Source of the DNA: Candidatus Lindowbacteria bacterium RIFCSPLOWO2_12_FULL_62_27
Lineage (GTDB): Bacteria > Lindowbacteria > 2-12-FULL-62-27
DNA: 64,000 bases
NCBI GenBank assembly: GCA_001784175.1
Contig: MFPR01000026.1
Location: forward strand, 124,001 to 188,000
Direction: 5' to 3'
Part shown: positions 8,848 to 18,685 of the stretch, in pieces
How positions within the stretch are numbered: position 1 is the stretch's first letter
How the letters are laid out: each line of letters begins with the position of its first letter
Program-made: the position numbers and the translations under genes
The notes under the pieces: model-generated
The model's input: the letters and a program-made list of their open reading frames with translations, nothing else
What the model was told of the DNA's origin: nothing
Database searches by the model: none

Positions 8848-9708
8848 ATGGCGCGCATCCCGGGAGATGGGGCGGTGCGGCCCTGGGTGTCCCTCCCGGC
8901 GGTCCGCCGCGCGCTGGACGATCGGGGGGTCCGGCCTTCGAAGGGCCGGGGACAGAATTTCCTGGTTCATCCCGAAACCGCCCGGCGGATCGCGGCGGCC
9001 GGCGGCCCCGCGCGCGCAGCGGTTGAAATCGGCCCGGGTCTTGGCGCGCTGACCGAATCGCTGCTCGACCGGTACGGCCGCGTGTCGGCCGTCGAGATTG
9101 ACGGGCGGCTCTGCGAGCATCTCCGAACGCGGTTTCGAGCCGGACCGGGATTCGAGCTTGTGGAGTCGGACGCGCTCCGCCTGGATTGGGCCCGGTGGCT
9201 TTCGGACATTCCCGCGCCGCGGGCGCTCTTCGGAAACCTGCCTTACTCGATTTCGGCAGCCCTCATCGAAAAAATTTTCCAGCACGTCTCCTGTTTTTCC
9301 GAAGCGATCCTCTGCCTCCAGCTTGAAGTGGCGGAACGGATCGTATCGGCCGGCGGCCGATCCATGGGGCCGATCACGCTCCTTGCGCACAGGTTCTGCG
9401 AGCGCCGGGAACTGTTGTTCCGAGTCGGGCCGGGCGCGTTTTATCCGCGGCCGGAGGTGTCGTCGGCCATCGTCCGTTTCGTCTTTCGGTCCGGCCCGGT
9501 CTGGACAGAGTCGGACCGGCGGATCCCGCGCCGCCTCTTTCAGCATCGCCGCAAGAAACTCTCGTCGGTCCTTCCGCGCGAAGTCCTCCGTGACCTCGCC
9601 GACGCGGAAGGCCGTCCCTTCGCCGATCTCAGAATCGACCAGTTGCCGGTGTCCGCCGCCGCGCTTCTGTACGGCAGGCTCCTGCAAAATTTGGATCATT
9701 CAACTTGA
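8848..9708 (+). CDS. rsmA: 16S rRNA adenine dimethyltransferase
   Basis: GQNFL, EIGPGLGALT, GNLPYSIS, FYPRPEVSS. Confidence 0.95.
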   Translation: MARIPGDGAVRPWVSLPAVRRALDDRGVRPSKGRGQNFLVHPETARRIAAAGGPARAAVEIGPGLGALTESLLDRYGRVSAVEIDGRLCEHLRTRFRAGPGFELVESDALRLDWARWLSDIPAPRALFGNLPYSISAALIEKIFQHVSCFSEAILCLQLEVAERIVSAGGRSMGPITLLAHRFCERRELLFRVGPGAFYPRPEVSSAIVRFVFRSGPVWTESDRRIPRRLFQHRRKKLSSVLPREVLRDLADAEGRPFADLRIDQLPVSAAALLYGRLLQNLDHST

Positions 9709-9743
9709 GAATTGGACGCGCCTTATGTACGGTTTGCCGTGGA

Positions 9744-10604
9744 ATGGATGAGCCGCAGGGGACAGAGGCGGAGGGGGGAAACGTGGGTGCCCCGGAAACG
9801 GATCCGGATACGTTTACGGTCACACTGGATCAGTTCACGGGACCGCTCGATTTGCTCCTGTTTCTGATCAAGAAAAACCAGATGGACATCCGGAACCTCG
9901 CGGTGGCGCCGATCACCGACCAGTACCGCCGGTTCATCGACGAGATGGAGGACCTGAACCTCGAGGTGGCCGGCGGATATCAGGCGATGGCGTCGGAGCT
10001 GCTCCAGCTCAAGAGCCGGATGATCCTGCCCCGTCCGCCCGAGGTCGGGTCGGATGAGGCCGACCCGCGAAAAACGCTCGTGGACCGGCTCCTCTTGTAC
10101 CGGCGGTACCAGTCGGCGGGCGGCGTTCTGAAGGATCGGGCGGTCGAGGCGGCCCGGCGATTTTACCGCGGGACCGTCGACCTGTCCGCGCCGTACCGGA
10201 AGGGCGTCATTCTTCTTCAGGAAGCGACATTGTTCTCCCTTCTGGCCGAATACCGGATCGTGCTGGACGCCTCGCGTGGCCGTCGTCGGCCACCGCAGGA
10301 GATCGCGCTGGATTCGTCGCGGGTCGAGGACCGCGCCCGGGACATCCTGGGTCGGCTCGCGGATCGGGAAGAACTCGTGTTCGATGAAGTTTTCTTTGTG
10401 GCCGCGCCGCGCGTGGATCTTCTGGTCCTTCTCTTGTCGCTCCTCGAACTCAGCCGCCTGCATCTCATCCGCGTCCGGCAGGAGGCGCCGTTCGGCGCCG
10501 TCCGCGTGTCAACCGGCGAGCGATACCGGCCGGGCGTCGCGCCGGAGGCGCAAATGACCTCCGAACAAATATTCGAAGTGGAGGAAGAGCCGGCCCATGC
10601 CTGA
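9744..10604 (+). CDS. scpA: Segregation and condensation protein A
   Basis: FTGPLDLLLFLI, ITDQY, LKSRMILP, LLELSR...Q..PFG. Confidence 0.92.
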   Translation: MDEPQGTEAEGGNVGAPETDPDTFTVTLDQFTGPLDLLLFLIKKNQMDIRNLAVAPITDQYRRFIDEMEDLNLEVAGGYQAMASELLQLKSRMILPRPPEVGSDEADPRKTLVDRLLLYRRYQSAGGVLKDRAVEAARRFYRGTVDLSAPYRKGVILLQEATLFSLLAEYRIVLDASRGRRRPPQEIALDSSRVEDRARDILGRLADREELVFDEVFFVAAPRVDLLVLLLSLLELSRLHLIRVRQEAPFGAVRVSTGERYRPGVAPEAQMTSEQIFEVEEEPAHA

Positions 10605-11322
10605 GTCCGTTGAATTGTCTTTGCCGTCCCTGATCGAATCCTGCCTGTTCGTTTCCGATACCCCCGTCACCGACCGGCGGATGGCCGAAGTTCTGTCGAG
10701 ACCCGTGTCGGAAGTGCGCGCCGGCATCCAGGAACTCCGCACCCTCTACGCCGCCCGCGGCAGCGCGCTCGAAGTCGTCGAGATCGCCGAAGGCTACCGG
10801 CTGGCCACGCGGCCGGAGTTGGAGCAGACGCTCGCGAAGCTTTTCGGCATCCGCCGGATCCAGCGCCTGTCCCGGGCCGCGCTCGAAGTATTGTCGATCA
10901 TCGCGTACCGGCACCGCGCGAAGGATCCGGCGACGGCGCAGGACGTCGAGCATATCCGCGGCGTCGACAGTTACGCCGTGTTGAAGGGACTGATGGAGCA
11001 GGATTTCATCCGCATCGCGGGCCGAAAGGAGGTGCCGGGCGCGCCGCACCTCTATGTCACCACGACCCGCTTTCAGGAGTATTTCGGTTTGAAGGACCTG
11101 ACCGACATGCCCGACGAGACGGAGCTGGACGCGCTCTTCAAAGAATCGGTCCAACCCGTGATCGAAACGGCGCCGGCCGGGTCAGCGCCTCGGATCAGCG
11201 CCTCCGGCGCCTCAAGTGTCGGAGTCTCCGACTCCGACCCGGCGCCGCAAGTGCCGGCGTCTCCGACGCCGGCCCCGCCGGAGCCGCCGTCGCATGAGCC
11301 TTCGCCGGCCCCCGGCTCATGA
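10597..11322 (+). CDS. scpB: Segregation and condensation protein B
   Basis: IESCLFVS, LSRAALEVLSIIAY, IRGVDS, LYVTT.RFQEYFGL. Confidence 0.93.
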   Translation: MPESVELSLPSLIESCLFVSDTPVTDRRMAEVLSRPVSEVRAGIQELRTLYAARGSALEVVEIAEGYRLATRPELEQTLAKLFGIRRIQRLSRAALEVLSIIAYRHRAKDPATAQDVEHIRGVDSYAVLKGLMEQDFIRIAGRKEVPGAPHLYVTTTRFQEYFGLKDLTDMPDETELDALFKESVQPVIETAPAGSAPRISASGASSVGVSDSDPAPQVPASPTPAPPEPPSHEPSPAPGS

Positions 11323-12443
11323 GTCTCTCCGCGCTCGTTCCGTTGCGCCGAAAAATCGACCGCGTCGACATGCAGATCCTGTCGCTTCTGAACGACCGGC
11401 TTCGCATGGTCCGCGAGATCGCGAAACTCAAAGGCCGGCATGCGCTGCCGTTTTACGATCCGACGCGCGAAAAAAAGATATTCGAGCGTCTCCGGCGAAA
11501 AAACCACGGCCCGCTCACGGACGAGGCGCTCCGCCGCATTTTCAGCGAACTCGTGTCCGCCTCCCGCAATCTCGCCCGGCCCCTCCGCATCGCCTATCTG
11601 GGTCCGCGCTGGACGTTCACCGAGCAGGCGGCGCGCGCGCATTTCGGGTCCTCGACGGTCTTCGTGCCGATGTCGACCATCTCCGCGATTTTTTCGGAGG
11701 TGGAAGACGGCCGCGTTGATTACGGCGTTACGCCTGTGGAAAATTCGAACGAGGGGGTCGTCACGCATACCCTGGACGCGCTGCTCACCTCCAACCTCTA
11801 CATCGTCGCGGAGGAATCCCTGCGCGTGCGTCTCGCGGTCCTCTCCAAATCCTCCCGGCTCGGCCGGATCCGCGATGTCTACTCGCACGCGCACGGCCTC
11901 GCCCAGGCCAAACTCTGGATCGCACGGCATCTTCCCCACGCCCGGCCGCATGAGGTCGCGTCGACCGGCGTCGCCGCCAAGCTGGCGAGCCGCCGGCCGC
12001 GCGGCGCCGCGATCGCCTCGGAACTGGCGGCGGCCGCCTACAATCTGAAAGTTCTCGCGACGGGCGTCGAATCCTCGCGGCAGAACCTCACCCGGTTTCT
12101 CGTGATCGGCAAATCGATTTCGCCGAAGAGCGGCAAGGACAAAACGTCCATCGCGTTTTATCTGAAGGACCGCGTTGGCGCCCTCAACCATGTCCTCCGG
12201 TGTTTCGCGCGCCATCGGATCAATCTCACCCGCATCGAGTCGCGCCCGGCCCGGCTCGGGCGTGACGGCGCGGCTTCATCGGCGGGGCGGCTTCGGAGCC
12301 GCAGCCCCTTCGATTACATTTTTTTTGTCGATTTCATGGGACACTTGGATGACCCGGCGGCTCGTAAGGCCATTGTCGAAGTCCGCTCCCAGTGCGAGGA
12401 ACTCCGCATTTTCGGCTCGTTCCCCTGTCATTCCCCTTCGTAA
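11319..12443 (+). CDS. pheA: Chorismate mutase/prephenate dehydratase (P-protein)
   Basis: CM domain LRRKIDRVD; AYLGP, PVENSNEG, NLTRFLVIG, INLTRIESRP. Confidence 0.93.
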   Translation: MSLSALVPLRRKIDRVDMQILSLLNDRLRMVREIAKLKGRHALPFYDPTREKKIFERLRRKNHGPLTDEALRRIFSELVSASRNLARPLRIAYLGPRWTFTEQAARAHFGSSTVFVPMSTISAIFSEVEDGRVDYGVTPVENSNEGVVTHTLDALLTSNLYIVAEESLRVRLAVLSKSSRLGRIRDVYSHAHGLAQAKLWIARHLPHARPHEVASTGVAAKLASRRPRGAAIASELAAAAYNLKVLATGVESSRQNLTRFLVIGKSISPKSGKDKTSIAFYLKDRVGALNHVLRCFARHRINLTRIESRPARLGRDGAASSAGRLRSRSPFDYIFFVDFMGHLDDPAARKAIVEVRSQCEELRIFGSFPCHSPS

Positions 12444-12446
12444 CGC

Positions 12447-13556
12447 ATGTCTGCGCTTCGATCCGCCGGACGGTTGCGTCCTGTCGCCCGACCGCAGCTG
12501 CGGGACGTGCCGGTGTACGAACCCGGCCGCGCGGCGCCGCCGGGCGCGATCAAGCTCGCATCGAACGAAAATTCATATGGCCCGTCGCCCGCGGTCCTGC
12601 GGGCCATCCGGTCTTTTCGCGGGATTGAACGCTATCCGGACGGCGGCGCTTCGATTCTTCGCGAGGCGCTGGCTCGGGCGCTCCGTATTTCCGCAGACTG
12701 GATTCTCATGGGCGCTGGAAGCGACGAGATCGGTGACTTTCTCGCACGCGCCTATCTTCGGCCGGGGGACTCGGTCGTCTATCCAAAATACACCTTTGTG
12801 CGGTACGGCATGTGCGCGCAGGTCTCCGGCGCGCGCCGAATCGCCACGAAGGTCCGGCCCGATCTTTCTCCCGATCTGCCCGCGCTTCTCAGGGCCATCC
12901 GGCGCCACCGCACGCGGATGGTCTGTCTGGCCAATCCCAACAACCCGACGGGCGCGTATCTGTCTCGATCCGCGATCCGGGAAATTTTCCGGTGCGCCCG
13001 CCCGGAAACGCTGGTGGTGCTCGACGAAGCATACTTCGAATACGCCCAAGGCGAGCCCGGCTACCCGGACGGACTCGAGTTTGTGAAATCGCGGCCGAAC
13101 GCGGTTGTGCTCCGCACATTTTCCAAAATTCACGGCCTCGCGGCGCTTCGGGTCGGATTCGCCGTCGCTCGCCCCGCCGTCATCGCCGAGCTTCACAAAG
13201 TTCGCCCGCCGTTCAATGTCAGCGCAATCGGACAGGCTGCCGCGCTGGCAGCCTTGTCTCATCCATCCCGCGTCCGGTGCTGCGCCCAATTAAACGCGCG
13301 AGAACGCGCGCGGCTGTCCGTCGAGCTGGCGGAACTCGGCTTTCGCGTTTATCCGAGCGCTGCGAATTTTCTCCTCATCGGTCTGCCGACGGGCGATGGC
13401 AGGGTATGGTTCGACCAACTCTCCAAGGCCGGCGTCATCGTCCGGTCGCTCGGTCCTTACGGCCTCGACCGTCATCTGCGGATCACGGTGGGGACGCGCC
13501 GGGAAAACCACCGCTTGATTCGCGCCGTCCGGCGGGTCCTTCGGAGCCTCGCATGA
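12447..13556 (+). CDS. hisC: Histidinol-phosphate aminotransferase
   Basis: KLASNEN, NPNNPTG, LDEAY, RTFSKIHGLAALRVG. Confidence 0.93.
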   Translation: MSALRSAGRLRPVARPQLRDVPVYEPGRAAPPGAIKLASNENSYGPSPAVLRAIRSFRGIERYPDGGASILREALARALRISADWILMGAGSDEIGDFLARAYLRPGDSVVYPKYTFVRYGMCAQVSGARRIATKVRPDLSPDLPALLRAIRRHRTRMVCLANPNNPTGAYLSRSAIREIFRCARPETLVVLDEAYFEYAQGEPGYPDGLEFVKSRPNAVVLRTFSKIHGLAALRVGFAVARPAVIAELHKVRPPFNVSAIGQAAALAALSHPSRVRCCAQLNARERARLSVELAELGFRVYPSAANFLLIGLPTGDGRVWFDQLSKAGVIVRSLGPYGLDRHLRITVGTRRENHRLIRAVRRVLRSLA

Positions 13557-14854
13557 TCCGTCTGACCTCTCTGGTTCCCGATAAATCCATTTCGCACCGG
13601 GCCGCGCTCCTCGCGGCCCTCTCGAAGAGCGACAGCCGCATCGATAATTTCTCTCCGGCCGGAGATTGCTTGAAAACCGTCAAGGCCCTGCAGGATCTCG
13701 GGTGTCCCATGCAAATGGACCGGTGCGTCCTCACCGTGGCGGCCCGCACGTCGGAAATATTTGCCGCGCCCTCCTCGCCGATCGACCTCGGCAATTCCGG
13801 CACCGGCATGCGCCTCCTTCTGGGCGTGCTGGCCGGTCAGCCGATCCGGGCGACGCTGACGGGCGACGACAGTTTGAAATCGAGGCCCATGGACCGCGTC
13901 GCCAAACCGCTCGGCGAGATGGGCGCGCGGATCGAGGGAACGGGAGACCGCGTGCTGGCGCCGGTCACCATCACGGGCGCACGTCCACTGAAGCCCATCC
14001 GGTGGCGGCTCGAACCCGCCAGCGCGCAGGTCAAGTCGGCCATCCTCCTCGCCGGCCTGTACGCCGATGGCGAAACCGTCATCGAGGAGCCGGTCGCGAC
14101 GCGCGATCACACCGAGCGGATGCTTACCGCCGCGGGCGTCGGCGTCACGCGCGCGGGCGGCGAGATCCGGCTGAGAGGCGGCGCAAGCGCTCGTCTCCAG
14201 GGACTGCAGATGCGCGTCCCGGACGATTTTTCCGCCGCCGCTTTTTTCATCGCCCTGGGTCTTCTCGCCGACCGCATGGGCGGGATCGAGATGCATCATG
14301 TCGGTTTGAATCCGACCCGAACCGCATTTCTTGACACCGTGCGGCTCATGGGCGGCAACGTCACGGCCCAAGTCACCGGCGAGGAGGCGGGCGAGCCGGT
14401 CGGGATCGTGACTGCGCGGCCCTCCGACCTGCGCGGAATCGAAGTGCCGGTCGAATGGGTCCCGAACCTGATCGACGAAATTCCGATTCTGTCGATCCTC
14501 GCCGCCGCCGCGTCCGGCCGAACCGTCGTCCGCGGCGCCCGGGAGTTGCGCGTGAAGGAAAGCGACCGCATCAAGAGCATCGTCCAGATGGTCGCCGGAT
14601 TTTCGGGGTCCGTCGAGGAAAGGGAGGACGGGTTTGAAATTACCGGCCGGGTCAGCGCCTCCGGCGCCCCTCTGGTTGCCAAATTCGCCCGCTTCCCGAC
14701 CTTCGCCGACCACCGGATCGCCATGAGCGTCCTGATCGCCGCGGAGACCGCCGGCCAGGCCGTGACCGTTGACAACACCGACTGTATCAATACATCCTTT
14801 CCGGGATTCTTCGATTGTCTGGGGGAGATTCATGTCCAATGTGATCGCCATTGA
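13553..14854 (+). CDS. aroA: 3-phosphoshikimate 1-carboxyvinyltransferase
   Basis: DKSISHR, GNSGT, ASAQVKS, ELRVKESDR, DHRIAM; ATGA overlap with hisC. Confidence 0.95.
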   Translation: MIRLTSLVPDKSISHRAALLAALSKSDSRIDNFSPAGDCLKTVKALQDLGCPMQMDRCVLTVAARTSEIFAAPSSPIDLGNSGTGMRLLLGVLAGQPIRATLTGDDSLKSRPMDRVAKPLGEMGARIEGTGDRVLAPVTITGARPLKPIRWRLEPASAQVKSAILLAGLYADGETVIEEPVATRDHTERMLTAAGVGVTRAGGEIRLRGGASARLQGLQMRVPDDFSAAAFFIALGLLADRMGGIEMHHVGLNPTRTAFLDTVRLMGGNVTAQVTGEEAGEPVGIVTARPSDLRGIEVPVEWVPNLIDEIPILSILAAAASGRTVVRGARELRVKESDRIKSIVQMVAGFSGSVEEREDGFEITGRVSASGAPLVAKFARFPTFADHRIAMSVLIAAETAGQAVTVDNTDCINTSFPGFFDCLGEIHVQCDRH

Positions 14855-16163
14855 CGGTCCCGCCGGTGCCGGCAAATCGACCGTCGCAAAACTCCTGGCG
14901 GAACAGCTGGGATACACGTACCTCGACTCGGGCGCGCTCTACCGCGCGGTGACGTGGTACCTGCTTCATCAGGACCGGCTCATGATGAACGGCGACCGCA
15001 TCCCGAGTGACGAGACGCTGCAAGAGGCGCTGCGGCCGCTGACGATCCGGGTCGACGGCGGCCGGATCCTGGTCGGCGCAGAGGACGTGACGGACCGGAT
15101 CCGGGACATGGAGGTGTCGAAGCGCGTCTCGATGGTTTCGGAGCGCCGCCCCGTCCGGGAAAAATTGCTGGCGATCCAGAGAGCCTCCGCCGACCGCAAC
15201 ATCGTCGTGGAAGGCCGGGACATCGGCACGGTCGTTTTTCCGGACGCCTTCCTGAAAGTCTATCTGGACGCGGATGTTTCGATCCGATCGGCGCGCCGGC
15301 ACAAGGAGCTGGAGGTCGCGGGTGTCCCGGCGGAGTACGAGGAAGTTTACCAGAATCTCCGCATGCGGGACGACCGCGACTCCCGCCGCGAAATCGCGCC
15401 GCTTACCCGCGCGCCCGACGCCGTCTATCTCGACACGACGCTCCTTTCCACCCAGGAAGTCGTGACCCTCATCCAGAACCTCGCGGCCCGGCGCCGCAAC
15501 TTCTGGTCGGAACTGTGGAAGACCTTCTTTTACCGTATGACATGGACACTCCTGAAAATTCTCACGAAACTCTATCTCTTCCGGCGCGTGGAGGGCGCGG
15601 ACCGCGTGAACGGGCTCAAAGGCGCCGCCATTCTGGCGTCGAACCACATGAGTCATCTCGATCCGCCGCTGGTCGCCGTTTCCGTGGGGAGGCCCATGCA
15701 CTTCTTCGCGAAGCGCGAACTCACCGAAATCCCGGTCTTCGGCCGCGTCATCCGCTGGCTGTCCGCCATCCCCGTCCGGCGCGGCATGCTGGACCGCGAG
15801 GCGCTGGACCAGGTGCGGGCCGCGCTGGCCCACGGAGATCTCCTGCTGATTTTCCCGGAGGGCACCCGCAGCCGCGACGGGATCATTCACGACGGCCGCG
15901 CGGGATTCGGCAAACTCGTCCTCGAAAGCCGCGTCCCGGTCGTGCCGGTCCGGATCGTGGGAAGTTACAAGTCCTTCCCGCCAGGCGCTCTTTTCCCGCG
16001 CCCCGCGCTGGTCCGGATCATTTTCGGAGAGCCCTTCCTGCCGACTGCGGCTTCCGCCACGCCGTCCCAAACCGAACCGACACCGGCCGACCCGCGTGAC
16101 CGCTACGAACACATCACGCGCGAAGTCATGGACCGCATCCGGTTGCTGGCACAGGATTCATGA
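14832..16163 (+). CDS. cmk: Cytidylate kinase fused to 1-acyl-sn-glycerol-3-phosphate acyltransferase
   Basis: IAIDGPAGAGKST, EGRDIGTVVFP, then NHMSHLD and FPEGTRS in one frame. Confidence 0.92.
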   Translation: MSNVIAIDGPAGAGKSTVAKLLAEQLGYTYLDSGALYRAVTWYLLHQDRLMMNGDRIPSDETLQEALRPLTIRVDGGRILVGAEDVTDRIRDMEVSKRVSMVSERRPVREKLLAIQRASADRNIVVEGRDIGTVVFPDAFLKVYLDADVSIRSARRHKELEVAGVPAEYEEVYQNLRMRDDRDSRREIAPLTRAPDAVYLDTTLLSTQEVVTLIQNLAARRRNFWSELWKTFFYRMTWTLLKILTKLYLFRRVEGADRVNGLKGAAILASNHMSHLDPPLVAVSVGRPMHFFAKRELTEIPVFGRVIRWLSAIPVRRGMLDREALDQVRAALAHGDLLLIFPEGTRSRDGIIHDGRAGFGKLVLESRVPVVPVRIVGSYKSFPPGALFPRPALVRIIFGEPFLPTAASATPSQTEPTPADPRDRYEHITREVMDRIRLLAQDS

Positions 16164-18028
16164 CGAATCGCACTGATCCGCACGCGCCCGAAACGGCGAT
16201 GCGCCGGGACCGGATCCTTTTCGGCGACGGCCGGGCCTTGGAGCCGGACGACGAGTCTCTCGATTCGATCTCCCGGCGGCTGGCCGGACAACCGCCGGAG
16301 GGATCGGACCGTCCGCACGCCGATTCTCCCTTCATCCAGAAATTCCTGCGCCGGTTCGCGCCGGAACTGCGGTCCATGGCCGGGGCAAAACTGATCGAGG
16401 CCGAGGTGGTCGAATGCGTTCATGGCCGGCCGCCGCTTTTCGACCTCTCGTCCGGCCAGGGCGTGCTGGACCCGCGCGAACATCTTCCCACGGACATTCA
16501 GCCGGGCGCCCGCGTCTGGGTGGCGGTGCTTGAGGCGGACACGAACCGCCCGGCCACCGGCGATTCGCGGCCCGTCTGCAGTCTCCATCTGGCCCAGGGC
16601 TGCCGCGGGCTTTCGGTCATCGAGTCGATCTGGTCCGGGGGCCTTCCCCTCGAAGGCACGCCGGTCGAGCGGATGGAAGGCGAAGGCTGGGTGGTGGACG
16701 TCCATGGATTCAAGACTGCCCTTCCCGAAGAGGAGTCGGAGAATCCGGCGGCCGAACCCGTCCGCCTGAATCACCCGATCCGCTGCCTGATTCTGCACTA
16801 CAACCCCGCGAATTTCTGCGTGATTCTTTCGAGAAAAAAATATCTTGAAAAAGACCGCCAGATTCGCCGGCGCCTCGCGATGAGCCGCGTCCGGCCCGGC
16901 GAAATCCTGGAGGGCCGGGTCCAGTCGGTGGGTCCCGCCTACGCGTGGATCGACATCGAGGGCGTTTCCACCGAGTTGTCGGGTGACGACGCCGGATTCG
17001 CTTCGCCGAAAGAGAATCTGGCCGCGCTGCAGGTCGGCCAGAAACTCAGCGTCATGGTTCTCGAATCTTCCGGAGACCGCCTCGCGGTCGGCCGCAAGCA
17101 GCTCCAGCCCGACCCTTGGGTCTTCATCAAGAAATCGATCCAGCCCGGAAGCAAAGTGGAAGTGGTCGTCCGGAGCCTGCAGGCCGACCACGTGAAGGTG
17201 GATTTGAAGGAAGGCTTCGTGGGAGAGATTCCCTGGCGCGAGGCCGGCTGGCAGATCGAGGATCCCTCGGAATTGGAACTCTATTTCCGCCCGCGCGACA
17301 CCATCGAGGCCGTATGTCTTTCGATTCAGCGTGAAACGTCCAAGATCCTTCTCTCGACCAAGGCCCTTCAGACCGATCCGTTGCCGGACATCCAGCGCAA
17401 GTATCCTGTCGGCGCGCACGTGGAGGTCCGGGCGGTGTCCTGTCAGGACGCGCGCGCGAAGGTCCAGACGGACGACGGATATTACGGGTTCATCCTTGCG
17501 GAGGACCTGTCATGGTCGGGCCCCGTGACGCCGCGCCAATTCTTCGGCGTACCGCCCGGTGCGCCGGCCCGGGCCGTCGGCGCCAAACGGGTTAAGGCCG
17601 AAGTCCTGTCGGTCGACCCGGGCGCCCGGCTGATCCGGTTCGGCGTCAAGCAGGTGAAGCCCGATCCCTTCATCCTGCTGTCAAGGGAGATCGAGGTCGG
17701 CAGGATATACGAGGGGCGCGTCGTGAAAGTGATCGCGGTCGGAACGCTGGTCGAAATCCGCAAGGGACTGGTCGGCCTGGTTCGGAAACCGGACCATGCA
17801 GAAACCGAACCGGCGCCCGCGGAGGGCCAGACGATCCGCGTCATGGTCTTGAACATCCAGCCGGACCAGCACCGGATTGCGCTGTCGCGGAAGGCCGCGG
17901 TGGAACAGCAGGAGCGCCTCGAGATGCAGCCTTACCTGACGGCCCCGCAGGAGGACCGGAAGGTCCGGATGAAGGACATGCTCCAGGCGGACATCTTGAA
18001 GAAATTTTTCGAAAAACGTGAACAGTGA
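16160..18028 (+). CDS. rpsA: Divergent 30S ribosomal protein S1-like multi-S1-domain protein
   Basis: Repeated S1-like units (GRKQLQPDPW, STKALQTDP, GVKQVKPDPF); follows cmk as rpsA usually does. Confidence 0.7.
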   Translation: MTNRTDPHAPETAMRRDRILFGDGRALEPDDESLDSISRRLAGQPPEGSDRPHADSPFIQKFLRRFAPELRSMAGAKLIEAEVVECVHGRPPLFDLSSGQGVLDPREHLPTDIQPGARVWVAVLEADTNRPATGDSRPVCSLHLAQGCRGLSVIESIWSGGLPLEGTPVERMEGEGWVVDVHGFKTALPEEESENPAAEPVRLNHPIRCLILHYNPANFCVILSRKKYLEKDRQIRRRLAMSRVRPGEILEGRVQSVGPAYAWIDIEGVSTELSGDDAGFASPKENLAALQVGQKLSVMVLESSGDRLAVGRKQLQPDPWVFIKKSIQPGSKVEVVVRSLQADHVKVDLKEGFVGEIPWREAGWQIEDPSELELYFRPRDTIEAVCLSIQRETSKILLSTKALQTDPLPDIQRKYPVGAHVEVRAVSCQDARAKVQTDDGYYGFILAEDLSWSGPVTPRQFFGVPPGAPARAVGAKRVKAEVLSVDPGARLIRFGVKQVKPDPFILLSREIEVGRIYEGRVVKVIAVGTLVEIRKGLVGLVRKPDHAETEPAPAEGQTIRVMVLNIQPDQHRIALSRKAAVEQQERLEMQPYLTAPQEDRKVRMKDMLQADILKKFFEKREQ

Positions 18029-18680
18029 GACCCGGCCGGACCGGTGGTGGCGGTGGCTGTGGATCGGATCGATCCTCGCGCTGGCCCTGCTTTGCCTGCC
18101 GTCGGTCCTCGACCTGTACCGCCTGCGATCGGCGCGGAACGACGGCGATCTTCCGCGCGCGCTCGCCGCGGCGAAGTCTCTTTCGGACGGATTTTTCGGC
18201 CCCCTCTTTTCGTCCTGGCTGGACCGCGTGACGCGCGAGATTCAGGCCGAGATCGTTGAGGGCAATCTCCTCTCGATCCAGCGCCTCGTGCCGGACACCG
18301 AGGAATCGGCCTTCGCGGAACTCGAGCTGGGCCGGCTCGCGCTCAGTCAGGGGAACGCGAAGGAGGCCGCGGTCCATCTGGAGCGCTATCTGCGCAGCGG
18401 CGTCGGCCGGGACGCAAACCGCGCCCGGATGGACCTGTCCGAAGCCTGTCGCGAGATGAAAAAGTATGACGACTCGGCCCGGCTGTTGCAGGAAGTCCTG
18501 AATGGCGCGCCGCCGGCGGAACAGCGGATGGAGGCGGCCTTTCGGCTGGGAGAGCTGTTCCAGTTTTATCTGAGCCGCCCCGCCGACGCGCTGTCACTGT
18601 ATCAGCGCGCGCTGCTGGACACCTCGCCCGGCCGGTGGCGCAACGACATTCTGACCAATCTCTCGTTGCTGAAGGAATAG
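18018..18680 (+). CDS. Membrane-anchored TPR protein
   Basis: N-terminal TM and TPR-like helices. Confidence 0.65.
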   Translation: MNSETRPDRWWRWLWIGSILALALLCLPSVLDLYRLRSARNDGDLPRALAAAKSLSDGFFGPLFSSWLDRVTREIQAEIVEGNLLSIQRLVPDTEESAFAELELGRLALSQGNAKEAAVHLERYLRSGVGRDANRARMDLSEACREMKKYDDSARLLQEVLNGAPPAEQRMEAAFRLGELFQFYLSRPADALSLYQRALLDTSPGRWRNDILTNLSLLKE

Positions 18681-18685
18681 CCGCC

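Noticed and set aside
12812-13552. Apparent N-terminal extension of AroA (680-aa ORF)
   Set aside because: It overlaps hisC out of frame; the real start is the ATGA-coupled ATG at 13553.
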